Assembly (NCBI GenBank): GCA_051530055.1
Contig: CM121341.1
Location: 6,178,784-6,242,783, forward strand
Source: Neoechinorhynchus agilis
Taxonomy: Eukaryota > Animalia > Acanthocephala
Direction of reading: 5' to 3'
Length of the DNA stretch: 64,000 nucleotides
This document shows positions 1 through 13,800 of the stretch, piece after piece (the stretch's first letter is position 1; every line of letters starts with the position of its first letter). The position numbers and the translations under genes were made by a program. The notes below the pieces were generated by a model, which saw nothing but the letters and a program-made list of their open reading frames with translations, was not told the origin of the DNA and ran no database searches.

Positions 1-3000
1 TTTTGATGACGTCATCGCGATTTTTGATGACGTCATCGCCATTTTTGATGACGTCATCGCGATTTTTGATGACGTCATCGCGATTTTTGATGTCGTCATC
101 GCGATTTTTGATGACGTCATCGCCATTTTTGATGGCGTCATCGCCATTTTTGATGACGCCATCGCAATTTTTGATGACGTCATCGCGATTTTTGATGACG
201 TCATCGCCATTTTTGATGACGTCATAAACCATTACGTCATCGCGATTTTTTATGACGTCATCGCCGTTTTTGATGACGTAATCGCCATGACGTCATCGCG
301 ATTTTTTACGATGTCATCGCCATTTTTGATAACGTCATCGCCATTTTTGATGACGTCATCGCCATGACGTAATCGCGATTTTTGATGACGTCATCGCCAT
401 TTTTGATGACGTCATCGCCATTTTTGATGACGCCATCGCCATTTTTGATGACGTCATCGCCATTTCTGTTGACGTCATCGTCATTTTATGACGTCATCGC
501 GATTTTTGATGACGTCATCGCGATTTTTGATGACGTCATCGCCATTTTTGATGACGTCATCGCCATTTCTGATGACGTCATCGTAATTTTATGACGTCAT
601 CGTAATTTTATGACGTCATCGTAATTTTATGACGTCATCGCCGTTTTTGATGACGTCATCGCCATGACGTCATCGCGATTTTTGACGATGTCATCGCCAT
701 TTTTGATAACGTCATCGCCATTTTTGATGACGTCATCGCCATGACGTCATCGCCATTTTTGATGACGTCATCGCGATTTTTGATGACGTCATCGCAATTT
801 TTGATGACGTCATCGCCATTTTTGATGACGTCATCGCCATTTTTGATGACGTCATCGCCATGACGTAATCGCGATTTTTGATGACGTCATCGCCATTTTT
901 GATGACGTCATCGCCATTTTTGATGACGTCATCGCCATTTTTGATGACGTCATCGCCATTTTTGATGACGTCATCGCTATTTTTAATGACGTCATCGCCA
1001 TTTTTGATGACGTCATCGCCATTTTTGATGACGTCATCGCCATTTTTGATGACGTCATCGCCATTTTTGATGACGTCATCGCGATTTTTGATGACGTCAT
1101 CGCCATTTTTGATGACGTCATCGCCATTTTTGATGACGTCATCGCCATTTTTGATGACGTCATCGCCATTTTTGATGACGTCATCGCCATTTTTGATGAC
1201 GTCATCGCCATTTTTGATGACGTCATCGCCATTTTTGATGACGTCATCGCCATTTTGATGACGTCATCGCCATTTTTGATGACGTCATCGCCATTTTTGA
1301 TGACGTCATCGCCATTTTTGATGACGTCATCGCCATTTTTGATGACGTCATCGCCATTTTTGATGACGTCATCGCCATTTTTGATGACGTCATCGCCATT
1401 TTTGATGACGTCATCGCCATTTTTGATGACGTCATCGCCATTTTTGATGACGTCATCGCGATTTTTTATGACGTCATCGCGATTTTTGATGACGTCATCG
1501 CCATTTTTGATGACGTCATCGCCATTTTTGATGACGTCATCGCCATTTTTGATGACGTCATCGCCATTTTTGATGACGTCATCGCCATTTTTGATGACGT
1601 CATCGCCATTTTTGATGACGTCATCGCCATTTTTGATGACGTCATCGCCATTTTTGATGACGTCATCGCCATTTTTGATGACGTCATCGCCATTTTTGAT
1701 GACGTCATCGCCATTTTTGATGACGTCATCGCCATTTTTGATGACGTCATCGCCATTTTTGATGACGTCATCGCCATTTTTGATGACGTCATCGCCATTT
1801 TTGATGACGTCATCGCCATTTTTGATGACGTCATCGCCATTTTTGATGACGTCATCGCCATTTTATGACTATCGCGATTTTTGATGACGTCATCGCGATT
1901 TTTGATGACGTCATCGCGATTTTTGATGACGTCATCGCGATTTTTGATGACGTCATCGCGATTTTTGATGACGTCATCGCCATTTTTGATGACGTCATCG
2001 CCATTTTTGATGACGTCATCGCCATTTTTGATGACGTCATCGCCATTTTTGATGACGCCATCGCCATTTTTGATGACGTCATCGCCATTTTTGATTACGT
2101 CATCGCGATTTTTGATGACGTCATCGCCATTTTTGATGACGTCATAACCATGACGTCATCGCGATTTTTGATGACGTCATCGCCGTTTTTGATGACGTCA
2201 TCGCCATGACGTCATCGCGATTTTTGATGATGTCATCGCCATTTTTGATAACGTCATCGCCATTTTTGATGACGTCATCGCCATGACGTAATCGCGATTT
2301 TTGATGACGTCATCGCCATTTTTGATGTCGTCATCGCCATTTTTGATGACGTCATCGCCATTTTTGATGACGTTATCGCCATTTTTGATGACGTCATCGC
2401 CATTTTTGATGACGCCATCGCCATTTTTGATGACGTCATCGCCATTTCTGATGACGTCATCGTCATTTTATGACGTCATCGCGATTTTTGATGACGTCAT
2501 CGCCATTTTTGATGACGTCATCGCCATTTTTGATGACGTCATCGCCATTTCTGATGACGTCATCGTCATTTTATGACGTCATCGCGATTTTTGATGACGT
2601 CATCGCGATTTTTGATGACGTCATCTCCATTTTTGATGACGTCATCGCCATTTTTGATGACGTCATCGCCATTTTTGATGACGTCATCGCCATTTTATGA
2701 CGTCATCGCCATTTTTGATGACGTCATCGCGATTTTTGATGACGTCATCGCCATTTTTGATGACGTCATCGCCATTTTTGATGACGTCATCGCCATTTTT
2801 GATGACGTCATCGCCATTTTTGATGACGTCATCGCCATTTTTGATGACGTCATCGCCATTTTTGATGACGTCATCGCCATGACGTATCGCGATTTTTGAT
2901 GACGTCATCGCCATTTTTGATGACGTCATCGCCATTTTTGATGACGTCATCGCCATTTTTGATGACGTCATCGCCATTTTTGATGACGTCATCGCCATTT

Positions 3001-6000
3001 TTGATGACGTCATCGCCATTTTATGACGTCATCGCCATTTTTGATGACGTCATCGCCATTTTTGATGACGTCATCGCCATTTTTGATGACGTCATCGCCA
3101 TTTTTGATGACGTCATCGCCATTTTTGATGACGTCATCGCCATTTTTGATGACGTCATCGCCATTTTTGATGACGTCATCGCCATTTTTGATGACGTCAT
3201 CGCGATTTTTGATGACGTCATCGCCATTTTTATGACGTCATCGCCATTTTTATGACGTCATCGCCATTTTTATGACGTCATCGCCATTTTTGATGACGTC
3301 ATCGCCATTTTTGATGACGTCATCGCCATTTTTGATGACGTCATCGCCATTTTTGATGACGTCATCGCCATTTTTGATGACGTCATCGCCATTTTTGATG
3401 ACGTCATCGCCATTTTTGATGACGTCATCGCCATTTTTGATGACGTCATCGCCATTTTTGATGACGTCATCGCCATTTTTGATGACGTCATCGCCATTTT
3501 TGATGACGTCATCGCCATTTTTGATGACGTCATCGCCATTTTTGATGACGTCATCGCCATTTTATGACGTCATCGCCATTTTTGATGACGTCATCGCCAT
3601 TTTTGATGACGTCATCGCCATTTTTGATGACGTCATCGCGATTTTTTATGAGGTCATCGCGATTTTTGATGACGTCATCGCCATTTTTGATGACGTCATC
3701 GCGATTTTTGATGACGTCATCGCGATTTTTGATGACGTCATCGCCATTTTTGATGACGTCATCGCGATTTTTGATGACGTCATCGCGATTTTTGATGACG
3801 TCATCGCGATTTTTGATGACGTCATCGCGATTTTTGATGACGTCATCGCCATTTTTGATGACGTCATCGCGATTTTTGATGACGTCATCGCCAATTTTGA
3901 TGACGTCATCGCCATTTTTGATGACGTCATCGCCATTTTTTATGACGTCATCGCCATTTTTGATGACGTCATCGCGATTTTTGATGACGTCATCGCGATT
4001 TTTGATGACGTCATCGCCATTTTTGATGACGTCATCGCGATTTTTGATGACGTCATCGCGATTTTTGATGACGTCATCGCGATTTTTGATGACGTCATCG
4101 CGATTTTTGATGACGTCATCGCCATTTTTGATGACGTCATCGCCATTTTTGATGACGTCATCGCCATTTTTGATGACGTCATCGCCATTTTTGATGACGT
4201 CATCGCCATTTTTGATGACGTCATCGCCATTTTTGATGACGTCATCGCCATTTTTGATGACGTCATAACCATGACGTCATCGCGATTTTTGATGACGTCA
4301 TCGCCGTTTTTGATCGTCATCGCCATGACGTCATCGCGTTTTTTATGATGTCATCGCCATTTTTGATGACGTCATCGCCATGACGTAATCGCGATTTTTG
4401 ATGACGTCATCGCCATTTTTGATGACGTCATCGCCATTTTTGATGACGTCATCGCAATTTTTGATGACGTCATCGCCATTTTTGATGACGTCATCGCGAT
4501 TTTTGATGACGTCATCGCCATTTTTGATGACGTCATAACCATGACGTCATCGCGATTTTTGATGACGTCATCGCCATTTTTGATGACGTCATCGCCATTA
4601 CGTCATCGCGATTTTTGATGATGTCATCGCCATTTTTGATGACGTCATCGCCATGACGTAATCGCGATTTTTGATGACGTCATCGCCATTTTTGATGACG
4701 TCATCGCCATTTTTGATGACGTCATCGCCATTTTTGATGACGTCATCGCGATTTTTGATGACGTCATCGCCATTTTTGATGACGTCATCGCCATTTTTGA
4801 TGACGTCATCGCCATTTTTGATGACGTCATCGCAATTTTATGACGTCATCGCCATTTTTGATGACGTCATCGCCATTTTTGATGACGTCATCGCCATTTT
4901 TGATGACGTCATCGCCATTTTTGATGACGTCATCGCCATTTTTGATGACGTCATCGCCATTTTTGATGACGTCATCGCCATGACGTAATCGCGATTTTTG
5001 ATGACGTCATCGCCATTTTTGATGACGTCATCGCCATTTTTGATGACGTCATCGCCATTTTTGATGACGTCATCGCCATTTTTGATGACGTCATCGCCAT
5101 TTTTGATGACGTCATCGCGATTTTTGATGACGTCATCGCGATTTTTGATGACGTCATCGCCATTTTTGATGACGTCATCGCCATTTTTGATGACGTCATC
5201 GCGATTTTTGATGACGTCATCGCGATTTTTGATGACGTCATCGCGATTTTTGATGACGTCATCGCCATTTTTGATGACGTCATCGCCATTTTTAATGACG
5301 TCATCGCCATTTTTGATGACGTCATCGCCATTTTTGATGACGTCATCGCCATTTTTGATGACGTCATCGCCATTTTTGATGACGTCATCGCCATTTTTGA
5401 TGACGTCATCGCGATTTTTGATGACGTCATCGCCATTTTTGATGACGTCATAACCATGACGTCATCGCGATTTTTGATGACGTCATCGCCATTTTTGATG
5501 ACGTCATCGCCATGACGTCATCGCGATTTTTGATGATGTCATCGCCATTTTTGATAACGTCATCGCCATTTTTGATGACGTCATCGCCATGACGTAATCG
5601 CGATTTTTGATGACGTCATCGCCATTTTTGATGACGTCATCGCCATTTTTGATGACGTCATCGCCATTTTTGATGACGTCATCGCCATTTTTGATGACGT
5701 CATCGCCATTTTTGATGACGTCATCGCCATTTTTGATGACGTCATCGCCATTTCTGATGACGTCATCGTCATTTTATGACGTCATCGCGATTTTTGATGA
5801 CGTCATCGCCATTTTTGATGACGTCATCGCCATTTTTGATGACGTCATCGCCATTTTTGATGACGTCATCGCCATTTTATGACGTCATCGCCATTTTTGA
5901 TGACGTCATCGCCATTTTTGATGACGTCATCGCCATTTTTGATGACGTCATCGCCATTTTATGACGTCATCGCGATTTTTGATGACGTCATCGCCATTTT

Positions 6001-7828
6001 TGATGACGTCATCGCCATTTTTGATGACGTCATCGCCATTTTTGATGACGTCATCGCCATTTTTGATGACGTCATCGCCATTTTTGATGACGTCATCGCC
6101 ATTTTTGATGACGTCATCGCCATTTTTGATGACGTCATCGCCATTTTTGATGACGTCATCGCCATTTTTGATGACGTCATCGCCATTTTTGATGACGTCA
6201 TCTGACGTATCGTTTTTGAGACGTCATCGCCATTTTTGATGACGTCATCGCCATTTTTGATGACGTCATCGCCATTTTTGATGACGCCATCGCCATTTTT
6301 GATGACGTCATCGCCATTTTTGATGACGCCATCGCCATTTTTGATGACGTCATCGCCATTTTTGATGACGTCATCGTTATTTTGAATGACGTCATCGCCA
6401 TTTTTGATGACGTCATCGCCATTTTTGATGACGTCATCGCCATTTTTGATGACGTCATCGCCATTTTTATGACGTTATCGCCATTTTTGATGACATCATC
6501 GCGATTTTTTATGAGGTCATCGCGATTTTTGATGACGTCATCGCCATTTTTAATGACGTAGTCGCCATTTTTGATGACGTCATCGCCATTTTTGATGACG
6601 TCATCGCCATTTTTGATGACGTCATCGCCATTTTTGATGACGTCATCGCCATTTTTGATGACGTCATCGCGATTTTTGATGACGTCATCGCCATTTTTGA
6701 TGACGTCATCGCCATTTTTGATGACGTCATCGCCATTTTGATGACGTCATCGCCATTTTTGATGACGTCATCGCCATTTTTGACGTCATCGCCATTTTTG
6801 ATGACGTCATCGCCATTTTTGATGACGTCATCGCCATTTTTGATGACGTCATCGCCATTTTTGATGACGTCATCGCCATTTTTGATGACGTCATCGCCAT
6901 TTTTGATGACGTCATCGCCATTTTTGATGACGTCATCGCCATTTTTGATGACGTCATCGCCATTTTTGATGACGTCATCGCCATTTTTGATGACGTCATC
7001 GCGATTTTTGATGACGTCATCGCGATTTTTGATGACGTCATCGCCATTTTTGATGACGTCATCGCGATTTTTGATGACGTCATCGCGATTTTTGATGACG
7101 TCATCGCGATTTTTGATGACGTCATCGCGATTTTTGATGACGTCATCGCCATTTTGGATGACGTCATCGCGATTTTTGATGACGTCATCGCCATTTTTGA
7201 TGACGTCATCGCCATTTTTGATGACGTCATCGCCATTTTTTATGACGTCATCGCCATTTTTGATGACGTCATCGCGATTTTTTATGACGTCATCGCGATT
7301 TTTGATGACGTCATCGCCATTTTTGATGACGTCATCGCGATTTTTGATGACGTCATCGCGATTTTTGATGACGTCATCGCGATTTTTGATGACGTCATCG
7401 CGATTTTTGATGACGTCATCGCCATTTTGGATGACGTCATCGCGATTTTTGATGACGTCATCGCCATTTTTGATGGCGTCATCGCCATTTTTGATGACGC
7501 CATCGCCATTTTTGATGACGTCATCGCCATTTTTGATTACGTCATCGCGATTTTTGATGACGTCATCGCCATTTTTGATGACGTCATAACCATGACGTCA
7601 TCGCGATTTTTGATGACGTCATCGCCATTTTTGATGACGTCATCGCCATGACGTCATCGCGATTTTTGATGATGTCATCGCCATTTTTGATGACGTCATC
7701 GCCATGACGTAATCGCGATTTTTGATGACGTCATCGCCATTTTTGATGACGTCATCGCCATTTTTGATGACGTCATCGCAATTTTTGATGACGTCATCGC
7801 CATTTTTGATGACGTCATCGCGATTTTT
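1..7828. repeat. 21-bp palindromic tandem satellite, consensus GATGACGTCATCGCCATTTTT (GCC/GCG variants; 14-, 19- and 20-bp deletion units), about 370 copies
   Basis: Directly visible tandem unit from base 1 to the junction at about 7828. The heptapeptide-repeat ORFs in the track (MTSSPFL, DDVIAIF, MAMTSSK) follow from the 21-bp period. Confidence 0.99.
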
Positions 7829-10800
7829 TTCTTCAAAGAAATTCTTAAAATTGTTTTAGTGGGCATGATGTCGTCATGTCATCGACCGGGATATAAACAG
7901 TAGTTACCGCATGCGCGAAAATGTGTGGGTGGGTGTGTTCGGTTTTTTGTAGAATATAGAACCTATCTACTAGCGGCTCGGTCACAAAAATGAACTTGAC
8001 GACGCGCTAGAGAGAAGGAAGAATCCATATGCGAAACCTGTACATTGTAATGCTTTACCCGAACTGAACTTCTTTTAGCGAGTGATCGATTGCGTACTGA
8101 CGTTTTATATTTTCTTCAAAAAAATTCTTAAAATTGTTATAGTGGGCATGATGTCGTCATGCCATCGATCGGGATATAAACAGTAGTAATCGCATGCGTG
8201 TAAATGTGTAGGTGGGTGTGTTCGGTATTGCGTGGAATATAGAACATGTCCGCTAGCGGATCGGTCACAAAAATGAACTTGACGACGCGCTAGAGAGCAG
8301 GAAGAATCCATATGCGGAACCTGTACATTGTAATGCTTTACCCGAAATGAACTTCTTTCAGCGAGTGATCGATTTCGTACTGACGTTTTATATTTTCTTC
8401 AAGGAAATTCTTAAAATTGTTATAGTGGGCATGATGTCGTCATGCCTTCGATCGGGATATAAACAGTAGTAACCGCATGCGTGTAAATGTGTAGGTGGAT
8501 GTGTTCGGTTTTGTGTAGAATATAGAACATGTCTTCTAGCGGCTCGGTCACAAAAATGAACTTGACGACGTGCTAGAGAGCATGAAGAATCCATATGCGG
8601 AACCTGTACATTGTAATGCTTTACCCGAAATGAACTTCTTTCAGCGAGTGATCGATTGCGTAGTGACGTTTTATATTTTATTCAAAGAAATTCTTAAAAT
8701 TGTTATAGTGTGCATGATGTCGTCATGCCTTCGATCGGGATATAAACAGTAGTAGCCGCATGCGTGTGAATGTGTAGGTGGGTGTGTTCGGTTTTGTGTA
8801 GAATATAGAACGTGTCTACTAGCGGCTCGGTCACAAAAATGAACTGGACGACGCGCTAGAGAGCAGGAAGAATCCATGTGCGAAACCTGTACATTGTAAT
8901 GCTTTACCCGAAATGAACTTCTTTTAGCTAGTTATCGATTGCGTACTGACGTTTTATATTTTCTTCAAAGAAATTCTTAAAATTGTTATAGTGGGCATGA
9001 TGTCGTCATGCCATCGATCGGGATATAAACAGTAGTAACCGCATGCGTGTAAATGTGTAGGTGGGTGTGTTCGGTTTTGTGTAGAATATAGAACATGTCT
9101 ACTAGCGGCTCGGTCACAAAAAATAACTTGACGACGCGCTAGAGAGCAGGAAGAATCCATTTGCGAAACCTGTACATTGTAATGCTTTACCCGAAATGAA
9201 CTTCTTTTAGCGAGTGATCGATTGCGTACTGACGTTTTATATTTTCTTCAAAGAAATTCTTAAAATTGTTATAGTGGGCATGATGTCGTCATGCCATCGA
9301 TCGGGATATAAACAGTAGTAACCGCATGCGCGAAAATGTGTAGGTGGGTGTGTTCGGTTTTTTGTAGAATATAGAACATATCTACTAGCGGCTCGGTCAC
9401 AAAAATGAACTTGACGACGCGCTAGAGAGAAGGAAGAATCCATATGCGAAACCTGTACATTGTAATGCTTTACCCGAAATGAACTTCTTTCAGCGAGTGA
9501 TCGATTGCGTACTGACGTTTTATATAACATGTCTACTAGCGGCTCGGTCACAAAAATGGACTTGACGACGCGCTAGAGAGCATGAAGAATCCATATACGG
9601 AACCTGTACATTGTAATGCTTTACCCGAAATGAACTTCTTTCAGCGAGTGATCGATTGCGTAGTGACGTTTTATATTTTCTTCAAAGAAATTCTTAAAAT
9701 TGTTATAGTAAGCATGATGTCGTCATGCCTTCGATCGGGATATAAACATTAGTAACCGCATGCGTGTAAATGTGTAGGTGGGTGTGTTCGGTTTTGTGTA
9801 GAATATAGAACATGTCTACTAGCGGCTCGATCACAAAAATTAACTTGACGACGCGCTAGAGAGCAGGAAGAATCCATATGCGAAACCTGTACATTGTAAT
9901 GCTTTACCCGAAATGAACTTCTTTCAGCGAGTGATCGATTTCGTACTGACGTTTTATATTTTCTTCAAAGAAATTCTTAAAATTGTTATAGTGGGCATGA
10001 TGTCGTCATGCCATCGATCGGGATATAAACAGTAGTAACCGCATGCGTGTAAATGTGTAGGTGGGTGTGTTCGGTTTTGTGTAGAATATAGAACATGTCC
10101 GCAAGCGGATCGGTCACAAAAATGAACTTGACGACGCGCTAGAGAGCAGGAAGAATCCATATGCGGAACCTGTACATTGTAATGCTTTACCCGAAATGAA
10201 CTTCTTTCAACGAGTGATCGATTTCGTACTGACGTTTTATATTTTCTTCAAGGAAATTCTTGAAATTGTTATAGTGGGCATGATGTCGTCATGCCTTCGA
10301 TCGGGATATAAACAGTAGTAACCGCATGCGCGAAAATGTGTAGGTGGGTGTGTTCGGTTTTGTGTAGAATATAGAACATGTCTTCTAGCGGCTCGGTCAC
10401 AAAAATGAACTTGACGACGCTAGAAGAGCATGAAGAATCCATATGCGGAACCTGTACATTGTAATGCTTTACCCGAAATGAACTTCTTTCAGCGAGTGAT
10501 CGATTGCGTAGTGACGTTTTATATTTTCTTCAAAGAAATTCTTAAAATTGTTATAGTGGGCATGATGTCGTCATGCCATCGATCGGGATATAAACAGTAG
10601 TAACCGCATGCGCGAAAATGTGTAGGTGGGTGTGTTCGGTTTTTTGTAGAATATAGAACATGTCCGCTAGCGGATCGGTCACAAAAATGAACTTGACGAC
10701 GCGCTAGAGAGAAGGAAGAATCCATATGCGAAACCTGTACATTGTAATGCTTTAACCGAAATGAACTTCTTTTAGCGAGTGATCGATTGCGTACTGACGT

Positions 10801-13800
10801 TTTTTATTTTCTTCAAAGAAATTCTTAAAATTGTTATAGTGGGCATGATGTCGTCAAGTCGTCGACCGGGATATAAACAGTAGTAACCGCATGCGTGTAA
10901 ATGTGTAGGTGGGTGTGTTCGGTTTTGTTCAGAATATAGAACATGTCCACTGGCGACTCGATAACAAAAAGAACTTGACGACGCGCTAGAGAGCAGGAAG
11001 AATCCATATGCGAAACCTGTACATTGTAATCTTTTACAGAAATGAACTTCTTTCAGCGAGTGATCGATTGCGTACTGACGTTTTATATTTTCTTCAAAGA
11101 AATTCTCAAAAATTGTTATAGTGGGCATGATGTCTTCATGCAATCGATCGGGATATAAACAGTAGTAACCGCATGCGTGCAAATGTGTAGGTGGGTGTGT
11201 CCGGTTTTGTGTAGAATATAGAACATGTCCATTAGCGACTCGGTCACAAAAATGAACTTGACGACGCGCTAGAGAGCAGGAAGTATCCATATGCGAAACC
11301 TGTACATTGTAATGCTTTTCCCGAAATGAACTTCTTTTAGCGAGTTATCGATTGCGTACTTACGTTTTATATTTTCTTCAAAGAAATTTTTAAAATTGTT
11401 TTAGTGGGCATGATGTCGTCATGACATCGACCGGGATATAAACAGTAGTAACCGCATGCGTGTAAATGTGTAGGTGGGTGTGTTCGGTATTGTGTAGAAT
11501 ATAGAACATGTCCACTAGCGACTCAGTCACAAAAATGAACTTGACGACGCGATAGAGAGCAGGACAAATCCATATGCGAAACCTGTACATTGTAATGCTT
11601 TACCCGAAATGAACTTCTTTTAGCGAGTGATCGATTGCGTACTGACGTTTTATATTTTCTTCAAAGAAATTCTTAAAATTGTTATAGTGGGCATGATGTC
11701 GTCATGCCATCGATCGGGATATAAACAGTAGTAACCGCATGCGTGTAAATGTGTAGGTTTGTGTGTTCGGTTTTGTGTAGAATATAGAACGTGTCTACTA
11801 GCGGCTCGGTCACAAAAAATAACTTGACGACGCGCTAGAGAGCAGGAAGAATCCATATGGGAACCTGTACATTGTAATGCTTTAACCGAAATGAACTTCT
11901 TTTAGCGAGTGGTGGATTGCGTACTGACGTTTTATATTTTCTTCAAAGAAATTCTTAAAATTGTTATAGTTGGCATGATGTCGTCATGCCATCGATCAGG
12001 ATATAAACAGTAGTAACCGCATGCGCGAAAATGTGTAGGTGGGTGTGTTCGGTTTTTTTGTAGAATATAGAACATATTTACTAGCGGCTCGGTCACAAAA
12101 ATGAACTTGACGACGCGCTAGAGAGAAGGAAGAATCAATATGCGAAACCTGTACATTGTAATGCTTTACCCGAAATGAACTTCTTTTAGCGAGTGATCGA
12201 TTGCGTACTGACGTTTTATATTTTCTTCAAAGAAATTCTTAAAATTGTTTTAGTGGGCATGATGTCGTCATGCCATCGATCGGGATATAAACAGTAGTAA
12301 CCGCATGCGTGTAAATGTGTAGGTGGGTGTGTTCGGTTTTGTGTAGAATGTAGAACATGTCTACTAGCGGCTCGGTCACAAAAATGAACTTGACGACGCG
12401 CTAGAGAGCATGAAGAATCCATATGCGGAACCTGTACATTGTAATGCTTTACCCGAAATGAACTTCTTTCAGCGAGTGATCGATTGCGTAGTGACGTTTT
12501 ATATTTTCTTCAAAGAAATTCTTAAAATTGTTGTAGTGGGCATGATGTCGTCATGCCATCGATCGGGATATAAACAGTAGTAACCGCATGCGCGAAAATG
12601 TGTAGGTGGGTGTGTTCTGTTTTTTGTAGAATATAGAACATATCTACTAGCGGCTCGGTCACAAAAATGAACTTGACGACGCGCTAGAGAGAAGGAAGAA
12701 TCCATCTGCGAAACCTGTACATTGTAATGCTTTACCCGAAATGAACTTCTTTCAGCGAGTGATCGATTGCGTACTGACGTTTTATATTTTCTTCAAAGAA
12801 ATTCTTAAAATTGTTTTAGTTGGCATGATGTCGTCAAGTCGTCGACCGGGATATGAACAGTAGTAACCGCATGCGTGTAAATGTGTAGGTGGGTGTGTTC
12901 GGTTTTGTGTAGAATATAGAACATGTCCACTAGCGACTCGGTCACAAAAATGAACTTGACGAAGCGCTAGAGAGCAGGAAGAATCCATATGCGAAACCTG
13001 TACATTGTAATGCTTTACCAGAAATGAACTTCTTTCTGCGAGTGATCGATTGCGTACTTACGTTTTTTATTTTCTTCAAAGAAATTCTTAAAATTGTTAT
13101 AGTGGGCATGATGTCGTCATGCAATCGATCGGGATATAAACAGTAGTAACCGCATGCGTGTAAATGTGTAGGTGGGTGTGTACGGTTTTGTGTAGAATAT
13201 AGAACATGTCCATTAGCGACTCGGTCACAAAAATGAACTTGACGACGCGCTAGAGAGCAGGAAGTATCCATATGCGAAACCTGTACATTGTAATGCTTTT
13301 CCAGAAATGAACTTCTTTTAGCGAGTGATCGATTGCGTACTTACGTTTTATATTTTCTTCAAAGAAATTTTTAAAATTGTTTTAGTGGGCATGATGTCGT
13401 CATGTCATCGACCGGGATATAAACAGTAGTAACCGCATGCGTGTAAATGTGTAGGTGGGTGTGTTCGGTATTGTGTAGAATATAGAACATGTCCACTAGC
13501 GACTCGGTCACAAAAATGAACTTGACGACGCGATAGAGAGCAGGACAAATCCATATGCGAAACCTGTACATTGTAATGCTTTACCCGAAATGAACTTCTT
13601 TTAGCGGGTGATCGATTGCGTACTGACGTTTTATATTTTCTTCAAAGAAATTCTTAAAATTGTAATAGTGGGCATGATGTCGTCATGCCATCGACCGGGA
13701 TATAAACAGTAGTAACCGCATGCGTGTAAATGTGTAGGTGGGCGTGTTCGGTTTTGTGTAGAATATAGAACATGTCTACTAGCGGCTCGGTCCCAAAAAA

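Noticed and set aside
3-7651. Long heptapeptide-repeat ORFs (MTSSPFL, DDVIAIF, MAMTSSK) as a repetitive protein gene
   Set aside because: The unit length is a multiple of 3 and several frames on both strands lack stops by composition; frequent 14-, 19- and 20-bp units break the frames; there is no unique N- or C-terminus.
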